This document shows, in pieces, positions 1 through 11,316 of a stretch of 64,000 nt of DNA. The notes under the pieces were generated by a model. That model was not told the origin of the DNA. It searched no databases and saw only the letters and a list, made by a program, of their open reading frames with translations. A program made the translations under genes and the position numbers. The DNA comes from Octopus sinensis (lineage: Eukaryota): assembly GCF_006345805.1 (NCBI RefSeq), contig NC_043009.1, forward strand, positions 37,386,001-37,450,000. The letters are read 5' to 3'. How positions within the stretch are numbered: position 1 is the first letter of the stretch; every line of letters starts with the position of its first letter.

Positions 1-650
1 GTTTTTGTAAGACACATCAAATGGAACATGTCACTATCCCACCATATCATCCGAGGTCAAACGGACTTGCGGAGAGGTTCGTAGATTAGTTTAAAAGATC
101 GTTGAGGAAAACTAGAAACGAATCATTAGTGGATAATACACTGACAACATTTTTACGCGTCTATAGAATAACGTCAAACCCCAACACAGAGTCGAATTTG
201 TCACCCGCTGAATTAATACTCGCCAGAAAGGTACGATCAGTATTTGATAAATTGTTACCAAGAAAGAAACAACAAATTCAACAGAAAACTATTAATAATA
301 CAAACTATTTCAATATAGGTGACGCAGTATTTTTTTAAATGTACAAATATGGAAAACAAAGTTGGGAACAAGGACGAATAACCAAACGTCTTTGTAGAGA
401 AATATATATGGTGAAAGGGCAGACATGTGTGCATAAGAGACATGTAAATCAAATGAAAAAGTGATACGCAGAAGGACGAAAGAGACAAGAAGAGCCTATG
501 GAAATACTTTATGACATATTTGATATTCAGGCGCCTCGGGAAAGGGTTGAAACGGTGCGCAAGTCAACTAGAAAGAGAAAGCGGACGGAGATGTTGGAGA
601 CTGATCCTAAACAAAAAATACGCCAATTTCTCCACAAGGAAGAAATAAAA
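1..650 (+). mobile_element. Gypsy/Ty3 LTR retrotransposon integrase C-terminal remnant (degraded)
   Basis: Frame from nt 3 reads FCKTHQMEHVTIPPYHPRSNGLAERFVD*FKRSLRK, the integrase PYHPxSNGxAER motif. It continues into ORF 102-338 (FLRVYRITSNP...LSPAELIL). In-frame stop and frameshifts present. Confidence 0.85.
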
Positions 651-676
651 TGATGATGATAATAATAATAATAATG

Positions 677-727
<51 letters not shown>

Positions 728-728
728 G

Positions 729-780
<52 letters not shown>

Positions 781-795
781 GGGAAAGCCTGCCTC

Positions 796-1469
796 AAAGG
801 GGGAGGTGTTTATGGGGAATCTGTACACCTCTGTGATTGGCTAAGTAAACTGTACAAGTTAGTATAAATGAGCATGCGCAGAACAGCCTGAGAGGAGTGT
901 CATATTCACAGTCATAGTATATAGGTCGTAGGAATTATTGAATAGAGATATCGTGGAGTGCTTGTTGAAATCTTCAAAGCCACAGTCGAACCAATTCTAC
1001 TATATGGCTCAGAAACCTGGACGTTATCAAAGAAGCTTGAGATGCGGTTGGATGGAACCTACACTCGCCTCCTTATGAGAGCTCTAAATCTAATCTTATG
1101 AGAGTCATCCAACCAAAATGCAAATATATGGGAAACTACCACCTGTATCATCTCTTGTGAAAGGTAGGAGAGTCCAGTTTGCTGGACATTATTGTAGAGC
1201 TGAAAACGAAACAATTTCTACTCTTCTCCTCTGGAAGTCATCTACTCGCAATACCAGAGGGCGCACACTCTCCTACTCTGATGTAATCTCCAGGGATACA
1301 GGCATCCAGCAACAGGACCTCCGTAATGCTATGATGGACCGTGAAGTCTGGCGTAGCATGGTAAATTCCATTGTCTCGACCACGGTCGAACAATGATGAT
1401 GATGATGATGATGTTGAAGATACACAGTTGGAGAGTAAGGGAACATCAAGAACGTTTGATATTATAACA
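796..1469 (+). mobile_element. Polypurine tract plus probable 3' LTR (TGTT...AACA) of the Gypsy element, interrupted by an RTE LINE
   Basis: PPT aaagggggagg at 796-806 is directly followed by TGTT at 807. The segment ends ATAACA at 1469. Confidence 0.6.
970..1411 (+). mobile_element. 5'-truncated RTE-clade LINE 3' end with (TGA)n tail
   Basis: Translates FKATVEPILLYGSETWTLSKKLEMRLDGTYTRLLMRAL...FAGHY...DREVWRSMV. Ends in (tga)n. Candidate target-site duplication tgttgaa at 963-969 and 1412-1418. Confidence 0.85.
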
Positions 1470-2348
1470 GTGACGACGAAAAGTCGTACGTCATATCTGT
1501 ATTTTTACTTACTACCTTAAATATATTTTCTCTCCTTATACGTCTACCCTCTTACCTCTCTTAACCCTCCACCCGTAAACGTACAAATACATACGCCTAC
1601 ATACATCTTCACCCCTTCATTCGCTTTTTCTTTTATTGAACCAATTTATGCCATTTTACCATAACCGTGCTTAAACTCCATACCCTTCCTTGTTTTATTC
1701 ATAGATACTTTCTTTCGTCCCCCACGACCAAAATTATTTCTCCACCCCACCCCCCTCCTCCAATTTCTTTTCTCTTCAAATGCCAATCCCACTATTGAAT
1801 TCTATGATTAAGCTAAAACTACTATATTATCCTCTATTTCACTCCCCAATATTTTATCTTATTTTATCTTATTTTATTTATATTTTTCCTTTCTTCCCTT
1901 CTTCTATTACTTATTTCTCCCTCATTTATATACCCCTCACATACTATACCCTCCACACATTCTGACTGAATCTTAGCATCAACATGTAGCGTTTAATCTA
2001 ATCAAGATATCCTTGGCCTGAGTAGCCGGCGGTATACACCACACTTGGATTTTACCACTTCTGAGGTTCCACTCGCTATGAAAAATATGTAGCCCGGCTT
2101 TCCCATACTCCATTCCGTAACTTCTTCATTCCGAAACTTTTGTATTCTTTTGCGCACACTCGGCAACCCTGGTTACCTACCGAGGAATATAAAAATAACT
2201 TTTTCAGCTCATCGTTCTTCGATAAAAGAAAAAAATCTGCAACCTTCCGTCTCAATAAACTACTATTGTTTCCTAAAAGTTGTTTTCTACGGATTGCTCG
2301 AAGCCAGCTTTCTTGTTGCACCTCGATCCCTAAATCTTACACATATAT

Positions 2349-2434
<86 letters not shown>

Positions 2435-2575
2435 CAGATAGATAGACAGACAGACAGGCACAATTATTAGAAGTAGCAAAAATGTACAGACTTTACCCAT
2501 TGCATAGATTTTCCTCCCTTTGTATACACAGTCTTTACCAATCTGCATACACTGTGTGTGTGTATGTGTGTTATC

Positions 2576-2636
<61 letters not shown>

Positions 2637-3647
2637 TGTATGTATAAAAGTTGAGTAATATTGAAATTGAAGCTTCGCAGATGATGAGCTTCGTCAGACT
2701 TTGTTGATTTTTGATACCCGTTATATATTCTTGTGTCCACCCTGTAGGTGGAATGAAAACAGTTCTATGTAAGCATCTTTCATAATTTTAAATTTGAAAA
2801 AGTTAAGAAGTATATTTCCTTTTAGAAATAATTTCTATGCTCCATTTAATGTATTGAGTGGTATTTCAGTTCTTTTTACGTATTATTGTCCACAAAACAC
2901 ATATTAACGTCAACAAAAAACTTCGTGACAACTTACACTTTTAAGAAGTGAACTACATATACCAATAATACTGTCCAAATAAGCCAGCATTCGACGCAAA
3001 GAGTCTACCATCATGAAACCCTGACTACGATGGTCAAGATATGGGGTTATAACGAAACAAGAGAGATCTACTAGTTCAATCTCCTCCACTGAATTAACCA
3101 CTAAGAAAACACCACTAGGAAAAGTCCACTAGAATAAGACCACGATGCCGTTTCCATAGTCACAAAGACCAGCTAAATTCAACCCTCAAAATGGTGCAAA
3201 ATGAACAGCAATGTGACAAACTAAAGCGCAGAGTTGCTCTAACTGGATTTTCTCTATTACTGCTGGAACTGATCTTCTTGGAGACAAAGAAAATATAAAA
3301 AAGCATAAAGAACTCAAAAATGAAAAGAACATAAAGACCAACAATCATGCCCTTCGAGTTTTTCTTGCTAACTTGGTGTCTTGTGCCAGTGAAAAACAGA
3401 TGCTCAGCTCATACAAGTTAATCCATAGTTTCGTACAAAGAATCGCCTCTTTACATATCAACAGTATCAGTAAGACGGGAACACTCAATTAGGAAGAAAT
3501 ATATTTATACATTATATTGTATGTATGTATGTATGTATGTATGTATGTATGTATGTATGTATGTATGTATGTATGTATGCATGTGTGTATATATTCATAT
3601 ATGTGTATGCATATGTATATGATATTCATTTTATATACACATACATG

Positions 3648-3678
<31 letters not shown>

Positions 3679-3761
3679 ATGTATATATGTATGATTCTGT
3701 GTGTACGTATCGTATACATAAACATGTGCGTACGTAGACACGAGCAAATGTGCTTATAATG

Positions 3762-3805
<44 letters not shown>

Positions 3806-3836
3806 CACGCACATAGTGATACAAAACATAACTTAC

Positions 3837-3940
3837 CTGGAAACGTGATTGCTTTTCATAGTAAGGTTGACCTGCCCTCTTGCTGGATGTGTTATTAGAA
3901 GAGTATTAAACAAACACCACATTATATGAAGGGCAAACAT
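3837..3940 (-). CDS. Probable first coding segment of a host gene for a secreted or membrane protein (signal peptide MFALHIMWCLFNTLLITHPARG/QVNLTMKSNHVS)
   Basis: Minus-strand ATG at 3940, 34 open codons, then a consensus donor CAG|GTAAGT at 3837/3836. Hydrophobic N-terminus, A-x-G cleavage motif and an NLT sequon. Confidence 0.55.
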
Positions 3941-4498
3941 ATTTCCTTTTGTTTTGCTTTGTTTTTATTTGATTGTTTGTTTTTTTTTTGTTGTTTTTTT
4001 GCTTATGTTGCTTTTGGCAATAATCTCCCCTTGGTGAGATTATTCTCTAACTGACTCCTGCGGTTTACGAAATTGTTGAAGTAAACAAAATCTGCGTGTT
4101 TTTGCAAATTAACAAATCGTGTATTTGATGAAATCAACAGCTGACAGATCCTATTGGTCGATCGACTGGTGAACAAGGAAATATGGTTTCGCTCAGGAGC
4201 AATTAAGGCTGAACAACATCGGTGCTATGCAAATCTTTTGTTGTGATTGTAGCTTTATTTCTCTTCTCCTTTCCTTCTATCGCTGCAATATATTCTTCAC
4301 ACCTCAGTACATTTATTACTACAACCATCACTTGTAACATCATCACCAATACTTATTCGATAGGCACCATAACCGTTATCTGAGTCATCTCTTTCTCCTC
4401 CACCGTTTCCGCTTCTTTCGCGACTGCTGCTGCTGCTGCTGCTTCAGTTGCTGCTATTTATATTTCTTGCATAGATTCCGACATTTTGATCTTTATAC
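3837..4498 (-). other. Probable exon (5' UTR plus start codon)
   Basis: Non-repetitive island between microsatellites, bounded by acceptor ttattttcAG|G at 4499/4498 and donor GTAAGT at 3836. Confidence 0.5.
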
Positions 4499-4578
4499 CT
4501 GAAAATAATTAAATCATAAATTTATGGATATATACATTAAATTAATATACATAAATATATAAAGAGATAGATAGACGG

Positions 4579-4609
<31 letters not shown>

Positions 4610-4618
4610 GATAGATAG

Positions 4619-4683
<65 letters not shown>

Positions 4684-4871
4684 TACAGGATGTATGCATA
4701 TATATATACATACATATATACACATCTATCTATGGATCTATATATATATATATATATATATACAGACACACACACACACATATATATACACACACACATA
4801 CATATATATATACGTAAATACATATATATACATATATATATATGTATGCATACATACATATATACATACAC

Positions 4872-4946
<75 letters not shown>

Positions 4947-5406
4947 CGTAAATATATACATATATATGTGTATATACATATATATGTATATATACATATA
5001 TATGCATACACACACACACAAACACTTACACACTGTAAAAGTTTGCGAGATGGCAACAACGAAATAACATTATTTCCATTCATACGTCCTTTCACTAAGT
5101 TCCATTAAGTCTGTTGCTGCAAGCTCTGCAGCAAGGTATTAAAGGGATTTTGTCGATTATCTGGACTCAAGTACCTATATTTATTCGATATTCATTTGGT
5201 CGATCTGTATTTTATTCGAATTTACAGCTCATAAATTGACACATGAAGAGCTACAAACCATTTTTTTCAATGCTCCTGTTTATGATGCTGATTCGCGCAG
5301 AAACACAAACACTCATATACACACACATATATATATATATATGTATGTGTGTGTGTACATACATACGTATACATATATATGTATCTATACATATATATAT
5401 ATATAA

Positions 5407-5473
<67 letters not shown>

Positions 5474-5476
<3 letters not shown>

Positions 5477-5996
5477 AAAAAGATAGATGGCATGACAGGC
5501 CTCGACTATTGGGGTCGACTAGAAAAGCTAAAACTCTATTCTCTCAACGTCGTCGTGAGCGCTACATCATCTGCATGATGTGGAAAATATTCCATCAGCA
5601 TTGCCCAAATGATGTTGGCATCACCTTTAAGGTACATCCAAGGCTTGGGCCCCGTGCCATCCGCCCAAAACAAAAATCGCACTCTCATCTCATAACAACA
5701 ATACGGCACAATTATTTCACCTCAATTGGCCCCGCTCTCTTTAACATTACACCAAAACACATTAAAACAGAAACTGACCCTATAGGGTTCAAGAAGTCTT
5801 TGGACAGATTCCTTCAAGAAATCCCGGATAAACCCCCTACACCCGGATATGTCTCTGTAAACAATAACTCTCTACTTGAGTGGGCCATAGTGCCCAAATT
5901 CTGACTTGAAAGACTTCACCAGGTGGTGCTATTAAGTTAGACATGGCCTGGGCCAATAATGGCCGAAACCTATCAAAGTATCAAAGTATCAAAGTA
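5474..5996 (+). mobile_element. 5'-truncated CR1-group LINE 3' end
   Basis: Reads [33 protein letters not shown]...GPALFN..P...FKKSLDRFL..IPDKP, homologous to the ORF2 C-terminus at 38300-38758. Tail is (tatcaaag)n. Flanked by (TA)n. Confidence 0.85.
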
Positions 5997-6080
5997 TATA
6001 TATATATATGTATGTATATGTATGTATGTATATATATATATATATGTATGTATGTATATATGTGTATGTATGTATATATG

Positions 6081-6112
<32 letters not shown>

Positions 6113-6137
6113 TGTATGTATGTATGTATGTATGTAT

Positions 6138-6187
<50 letters not shown>

Positions 6188-6367
6188 TGTATGTGTGTGT
6201 ATATATTCTGTAAACAAAGATTACGTGGTCTTCCATTAAATAATAAGTTCAAAAACGTAATAAATACACAAACAGAAAACAGAAGCAGGTCGCCAAATCC
6301 TCGTCCGATATCGGCCGGAGTTTCAAACGCAGCAGACGAATATGTGTGTGCATACACATACACCAAT

Positions 6368-6495
<128 letters not shown>

Positions 6496-6539
6496 GTATA
6501 TATATATACATACATATGTAGGTTTCAAAATTTTTAACA

Positions 6540-6720
6540 AGATCAGTGCTCAACTGGTACTTATTTATGGACTTCGAAAGGATGAAAGGCAAAGTCGACC
6601 TCTGCGGAATTTCTATGAATCTCAAAATATCGTCCACCACCAAAACCTGCACCATCACCACCACCACCAACAACTCCGTTAAACATCTTGCCCGGCGTGC
6701 TAATGATCCCGTCATCTTCG
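6540..6720 (-). mobile_element. Degenerate tRNA-derived SINE (family A)
   Basis: gctcaactggtacttattt...gaaaggatgaaaggcaaagtcgacctc matches the copies at 49683-49897 and 60117-60347. Confidence 0.7.
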
Positions 6721-6799
6721 TACCTCCCTCTTCTCCCCCCTCCCCCTCTTCTCCTCACTACACCACACGACTTTACACATCACATCATATATGATGTGC

Positions 6800-7145
6800 C
6801 ATACTAATACATACACCAACTAATACATACTAATACGTACTAATACATACTAATACATACTAATACATACACCAACCCTATACATACACACGTCCAGACC
6901 CCTCATACGCACTTATACTCTCTCATACACACACACACACTTATACATACTAATACGTACTAATACATACTAATACATACTAATACATACACCAACCCCA
7001 TACATACGCACGTCCAGACCAATCCTACGCACTAATACTCTCTCATGCACACACACACACACACACAACACACACACACCCTTATACATACTAATACATA
7101 CACCAACCCTATACATACACACGTCCAGACCCCTCCTACGCACTA
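6800..7145. repeat. Minisatellite, about 120-bp unit, roughly 3 copies
   Basis: catactaatacatacaccaaccc...cacgtccagacc recurs near 6860, 6980 and 7090. Confidence 0.75.
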
Positions 7146-7341
7146 TTAGCTGGTCCTTCAACCCTATTATCAACCCTATTATCTCCCCTTATTTCGCTCT
7201 CGCGTCTCATGTTTGATCTTTGACCTCTGGCCGAAATCAGATCGCCATGTTGATTCGTTAGCTACTGCACGCATTTTTTTTCTCTCCTTCTTTCTGTGTT
7301 TTTTTCTCTCCTTCTTTCTGTGTTTTTTTTCTCTCTGTGTA

Positions 7342-7379
7342 TCTTTCTGTTGAAGAGCGTAGGCTCGAAACGTTAAAGA
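7342..7379 (+). ncRNA. Minimal type I hammerhead-like motif (U6 variant) in a PLE-like repeat
   Basis: tcttt-CTGTTGA-a-gagc(gtag)gctc-GAAA-c-GTT-aaaga. Stem I is tcttt/aaaga and the palindrome AACGTT replaces stem III. A second family copy lies at 38985-39022. Confidence 0.55.
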
Positions 7380-8088
7380 CTTGTTTTATTTATATTTCCT
7401 GAGCGCCATACTAATACAATTGTTCGTTTGTTTTCCACCTGCCTTCGTCTTTTGTCTATTTTCATAAAGCTTCCCGTTATATATTAACGTGCCAAGTTAA
7501 GTATAAAAACTATTTAACATTAACTAAAGGATTATTCAATACTTTTAATAGAACATATCTTCATTGAATTTTTACAAGAATATACATATATGTAATATAT
7601 GATATATAACATAGATTCATTTCCCGTGGTAACGACAGATACCATTGAGCGAACACATAGAGTGATGTGCGAGTAGTCTCCAACCAAACTTCAGAGTTTT
7701 CCCCATCTACCAGTGCAAGGGATCAATCTCTATACAAGAACTATTAAATGAAGTAAATATATTAATTGAAAAATACCAGCCGCGCCTGAATGTGAACGCA
7801 TAACCAACTTTGGATTTGTAAATATTTTAATTCATGGACACATAACTTTGTTCATATTTCATTTCGCTACTTTAACTCATGAATTTATAACTCCGAAAAA
7901 AGTGTACACTACAAAAAATTGTACTCCCTCTCAAAAATGTGTAATTACCACCCCTATCTCGAATAATAACAATCACCAATTACCTCCACTTACATTTTTC
8001 TACATGCTGGTTCATTTACAAACAAACTCTCATAATACAACATAGACTTAAGATAATACAAAATTGCAATATTTTCACCAATTTGAAT

Positions 8089-8120
8089 GTCATGATTAGC
8101 GAAACGCGAAACCGGTAGAC
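8089..8120 (+). ncRNA. Type I hammerhead ribozyme motif, A3-U8 core variant
   Basis: gtc-ATGATTA-gcg(aaa)cgc-GAAA-c(cg)-GTA-gac. Palindromic ACCGGT stem III; stem I is only 3 bp. Confidence 0.55.
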
Positions 8121-8227
8121 TATCATAATATTCTATTCTATATATAAATTGTGTGTATTTTTATTCTTTTGTTATGTTTTTCACTACTACTCACCACGTG
8201 GAGGAAATTGTTTGAACGAAATTCATT

Positions 8228-8275
<48 letters not shown>

Positions 8276-9482
8276 TAGGTGTGTGTGGGTTCATACATAC
8301 AAATACAATATGTATGTATGTGAATATAATTTGCTTGTGCTTTCATATATTCGTTTATTCCATGCAGTTATATATTTAATTCTGCATTACTTGTATGGAA
8401 CAGAACAATTTGTAACAAATGACTAGCTTCGATGTCCAAACATATTTCCTTATATTGATTTTCCTGCTAATTCTTTCGCTATCTATGCCCAACTGGCTGT
8501 CCTAAATAATTTATATCATATATAAACGTTTTTAGTAGTTTTGAAAAAAAATATCTTACTAAGAATAATTATGAAGTACATGCGATGTTCTTTGACTGTG
8601 ACATCAGTAAATCGGGACGTTTGAATTCCATAAATAGTGCCTTGGGCTGGCAGCCAGAGATACTGAATGATTAAGTAAGTAGCATACAGCATGCATTGTG
8701 AAGGCAAGAAAATTGTATAAGTCCCATTTATTTGTGCGGAAAGAAGTCGTAAAACGGCATGTGGTTACACTTCTCCAGTGTATTTATTTAAGCATTATAG
8801 AAACAGTTAAGAACTTATTCTATCATACTCTTCCCTTATCCGTAAAATTCATCGTCCTCTGTGCTTCGTGATATTAATATATACTTACACTCATGTGTGC
8901 GTGAATGTGTGTGTGCGCGTGTGTCTGTGTGTGCGTACAGGTAAGCATATATGTGCAAACAAGGTCGAAAAAATAGTATTCGAATATCAAACATAGAGTA
9001 ATACAGATTATATCAATACAACTGTATGATAGACGGTCACAGGATACTCTGGGTAACAGTTTGTAAAGCTTTTTTGGCTTTAATAAAATAGTATATATAT
9101 ATATATTCATGTATGTGTGTTTGTGAGTGTGTGTTCGCGCGCGCATGTATGAATGTATGTATATGTTAGTGTGTGTGTATACGTGTATATATGTATATAT
9201 ATCAACAATAATAATAAGGATTATTACGAAGTTGCATAGCATTGCCTTTAATTCTTTTTATATATACAGCTTTACATAGACCTACATATGTTTCAACTGC
9301 ACCGATTAGTAACCGTTACAATTGCAACCCTCCTATAATACTGATGCAGTTTCTTCTAAATTTTCATCTTATGGGAATATTATTAGATTTATATATTAAC
9401 TGTTGAATAACCAATTTGAATACCTAACTGAGGGCAAAACGGTAAACGTTTGGAATAACTCCTTACTATTTACAGATATATG

Positions 9483-9580
<98 letters not shown>

Positions 9581-9847
9581 AGGGTGAGAGAATTAGATAC
9601 TAATTTAATAGTATCTATTCACACCAAGTGGCCTAGTGCTCCGAGAAACCTGGATTATTATAATATTTTATAATATATTACAATATTTTTACAAAATAAA
9701 TATAAGAGAGTGGTCACTATATGGCTCACTCTAGCACCAGTTAATCCAAAAGGTTTCAACCACAAAAATACATGTTTCCCATGAAAGTCAGTACGATTGT
9801 TAGCTCACACGGACAGGGCAAATAAAAAATAACAAAAATACAGATTA

Positions 9848-9927
9848 TTTTGGGACAATTGTTTCGCTATTAATGAATTAAATGTAATTTTACTTACAAA
9901 AAAATCCACTTGTAGCTCGTCAGCCAA
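9848..9927 (-). ncRNA. Type I hammerhead ribozyme (inverted copy)
   Basis: Minus strand reads ttgg-CTGACGA-gcta...tagc-GAAA-c(aatt)-GTC-ccaa. Confidence 0.75.
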
Positions 9928-10375
9928 TCTGTATTTTTGTTATTTTTTATTTGCCCTGTCCGTGTGAGCTAACAATCGTACTGACTTTCATGGGAAACAT
10001 GTATTTTTGTGGTTGAAACCTTTTGGATTAACTGGTGCTAGAGTGAGCCATATAGTGACCACTCTCTTATATTTATTTTGTAAAAATATTGTAATATATT
10101 ATAAAATATTATAATAATCCAGGTTTCTCGGAGCACTAGGCCACTTGGTGTTGAATAGATATACTATTAAATTAGTATCTAATTCTCTCACCCTTATTAA
10201 TTAATTATAATTATGCTGCATTTATTCTAAATGCTGTATTTCTTTTCCGTGAAAGTTTGGCGCGCTGTTGGTTGGGGCATTGAATTATAACGTCGGATGT
10301 AATCAATTGAACCACACGTGTATTTATCGTTATGGTAAAATCTGGCGTGTGATTGAGTGGATTTCATCCAGATAG

Positions 10376-10456
10376 TTTTGGCTGACGAGCTACAATTGAT
10401 TTTTTTGTAAGTAAAATTACATTTAATTCATTAATAGCGAAACAATTGTCCCAAAA
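10376..10456 (+). ncRNA. Type I hammerhead ribozyme, canonical core
   Basis: ttttgg-CTGACGA-gcta[large loop]tagc-GAAA-c(aatt)-GTC-ccaaaa. 6-bp stem I, palindromic ACAATTGT stem III, GUC triplet ending at 10450. Confidence 0.85.
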
Positions 10457-10906
10457 TAATCTGTATTTTTGTTATTTTTTATTTGCCCTGTCCGTGTGAG
10501 CTAACAATCGTACTGACTTTCATGGGAAACATGTATTTTTGTGGTTGAAACCTTTTGGATTAACTGGTGCTAGAGTGAGCCATATAGTGACCACTCTCTT
10601 ATATTTATTTTGTAAAAATATTGTAATATATTATAAAATATTATAATAATCCAGGTTTCTCGGAGCACTAGGCCACTTGGTGTTGAATAGATATACTATT
10701 AATTAGTATCTATTCTCTCACCCTTATTAATTAATTATAATTATGCTGCATTTATTTCTAAATGCTGTATTTCTTTTCCGTGAAAGTTTGGCGCGCTGTT
10801 GGTTGAGGCATTTGAATTATAACGTCGGATTGTAATCAATTGAACCACCGCGTATTTATCGTTATGGTAAAATCTGGCGTGTGATGAGTGGATTTCATCC
10901 AGATAG

Positions 10907-10987
10907 TTTTGGCTGACGAGCTACAAGTGGATTTTTTTGTAAGTAAAATTACATTTAATTCATTAATAGCGAACAATTGTCCCAAAA
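10907..10987 (+). ncRNA. Type I hammerhead ribozyme (tandem copy, one A missing in GAAA)
   Basis: Same layout as 10376-10456 but reads tagc-GAAC. GUC ends at 10981. Confidence 0.7.
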
Positions 10988-11154
10988 TAATCTGTATTTT
11001 GTTTATTTGTTATTTTTTATTTGCCCTGTCCGTGTGAGCTAACAATCGTACTGACTTTCATGGGAAACATATATTTTTGTGGTTGAAACCTTTTGGATTA
11101 ACTGGTGCTAGAGTGAGCCATATAGTGACCACTCTCTTATATTTATTTATATTA

Positions 11155-11232
<78 letters not shown>

Positions 11233-11233
11233 G

Positions 11234-11316
<83 letters not shown>

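Larger units (their letters stand above)
9576..11150. mobile_element. Non-coding PLE-pLTR/retrozyme-like array: one inverted partial copy plus about 2.3 tandem 531-nt units, each with a hammerhead
   Basis: 9576-9847 is the reverse complement of about 9926-10198. The unit recurs at about 9926, 10459 and 10990. Embedded in (TA)n. Confidence 0.8.

Noticed and set aside
2668-2700. Minus-strand CTGACGA followed by a hairpin
   Set aside because: No GAAA or cleavage triplet follows.
2900-3480. Thr/Ser-rich mucin-like coding appearance (also 57830-58110)
   Set aside because: Frequent stops and no clear splice boundaries.
3829-3850. ACTTACCTGG resembling the U1 snRNA 5' end
   Set aside because: No U1 similarity beyond 10 nt; better explained as a minus-strand splice donor.
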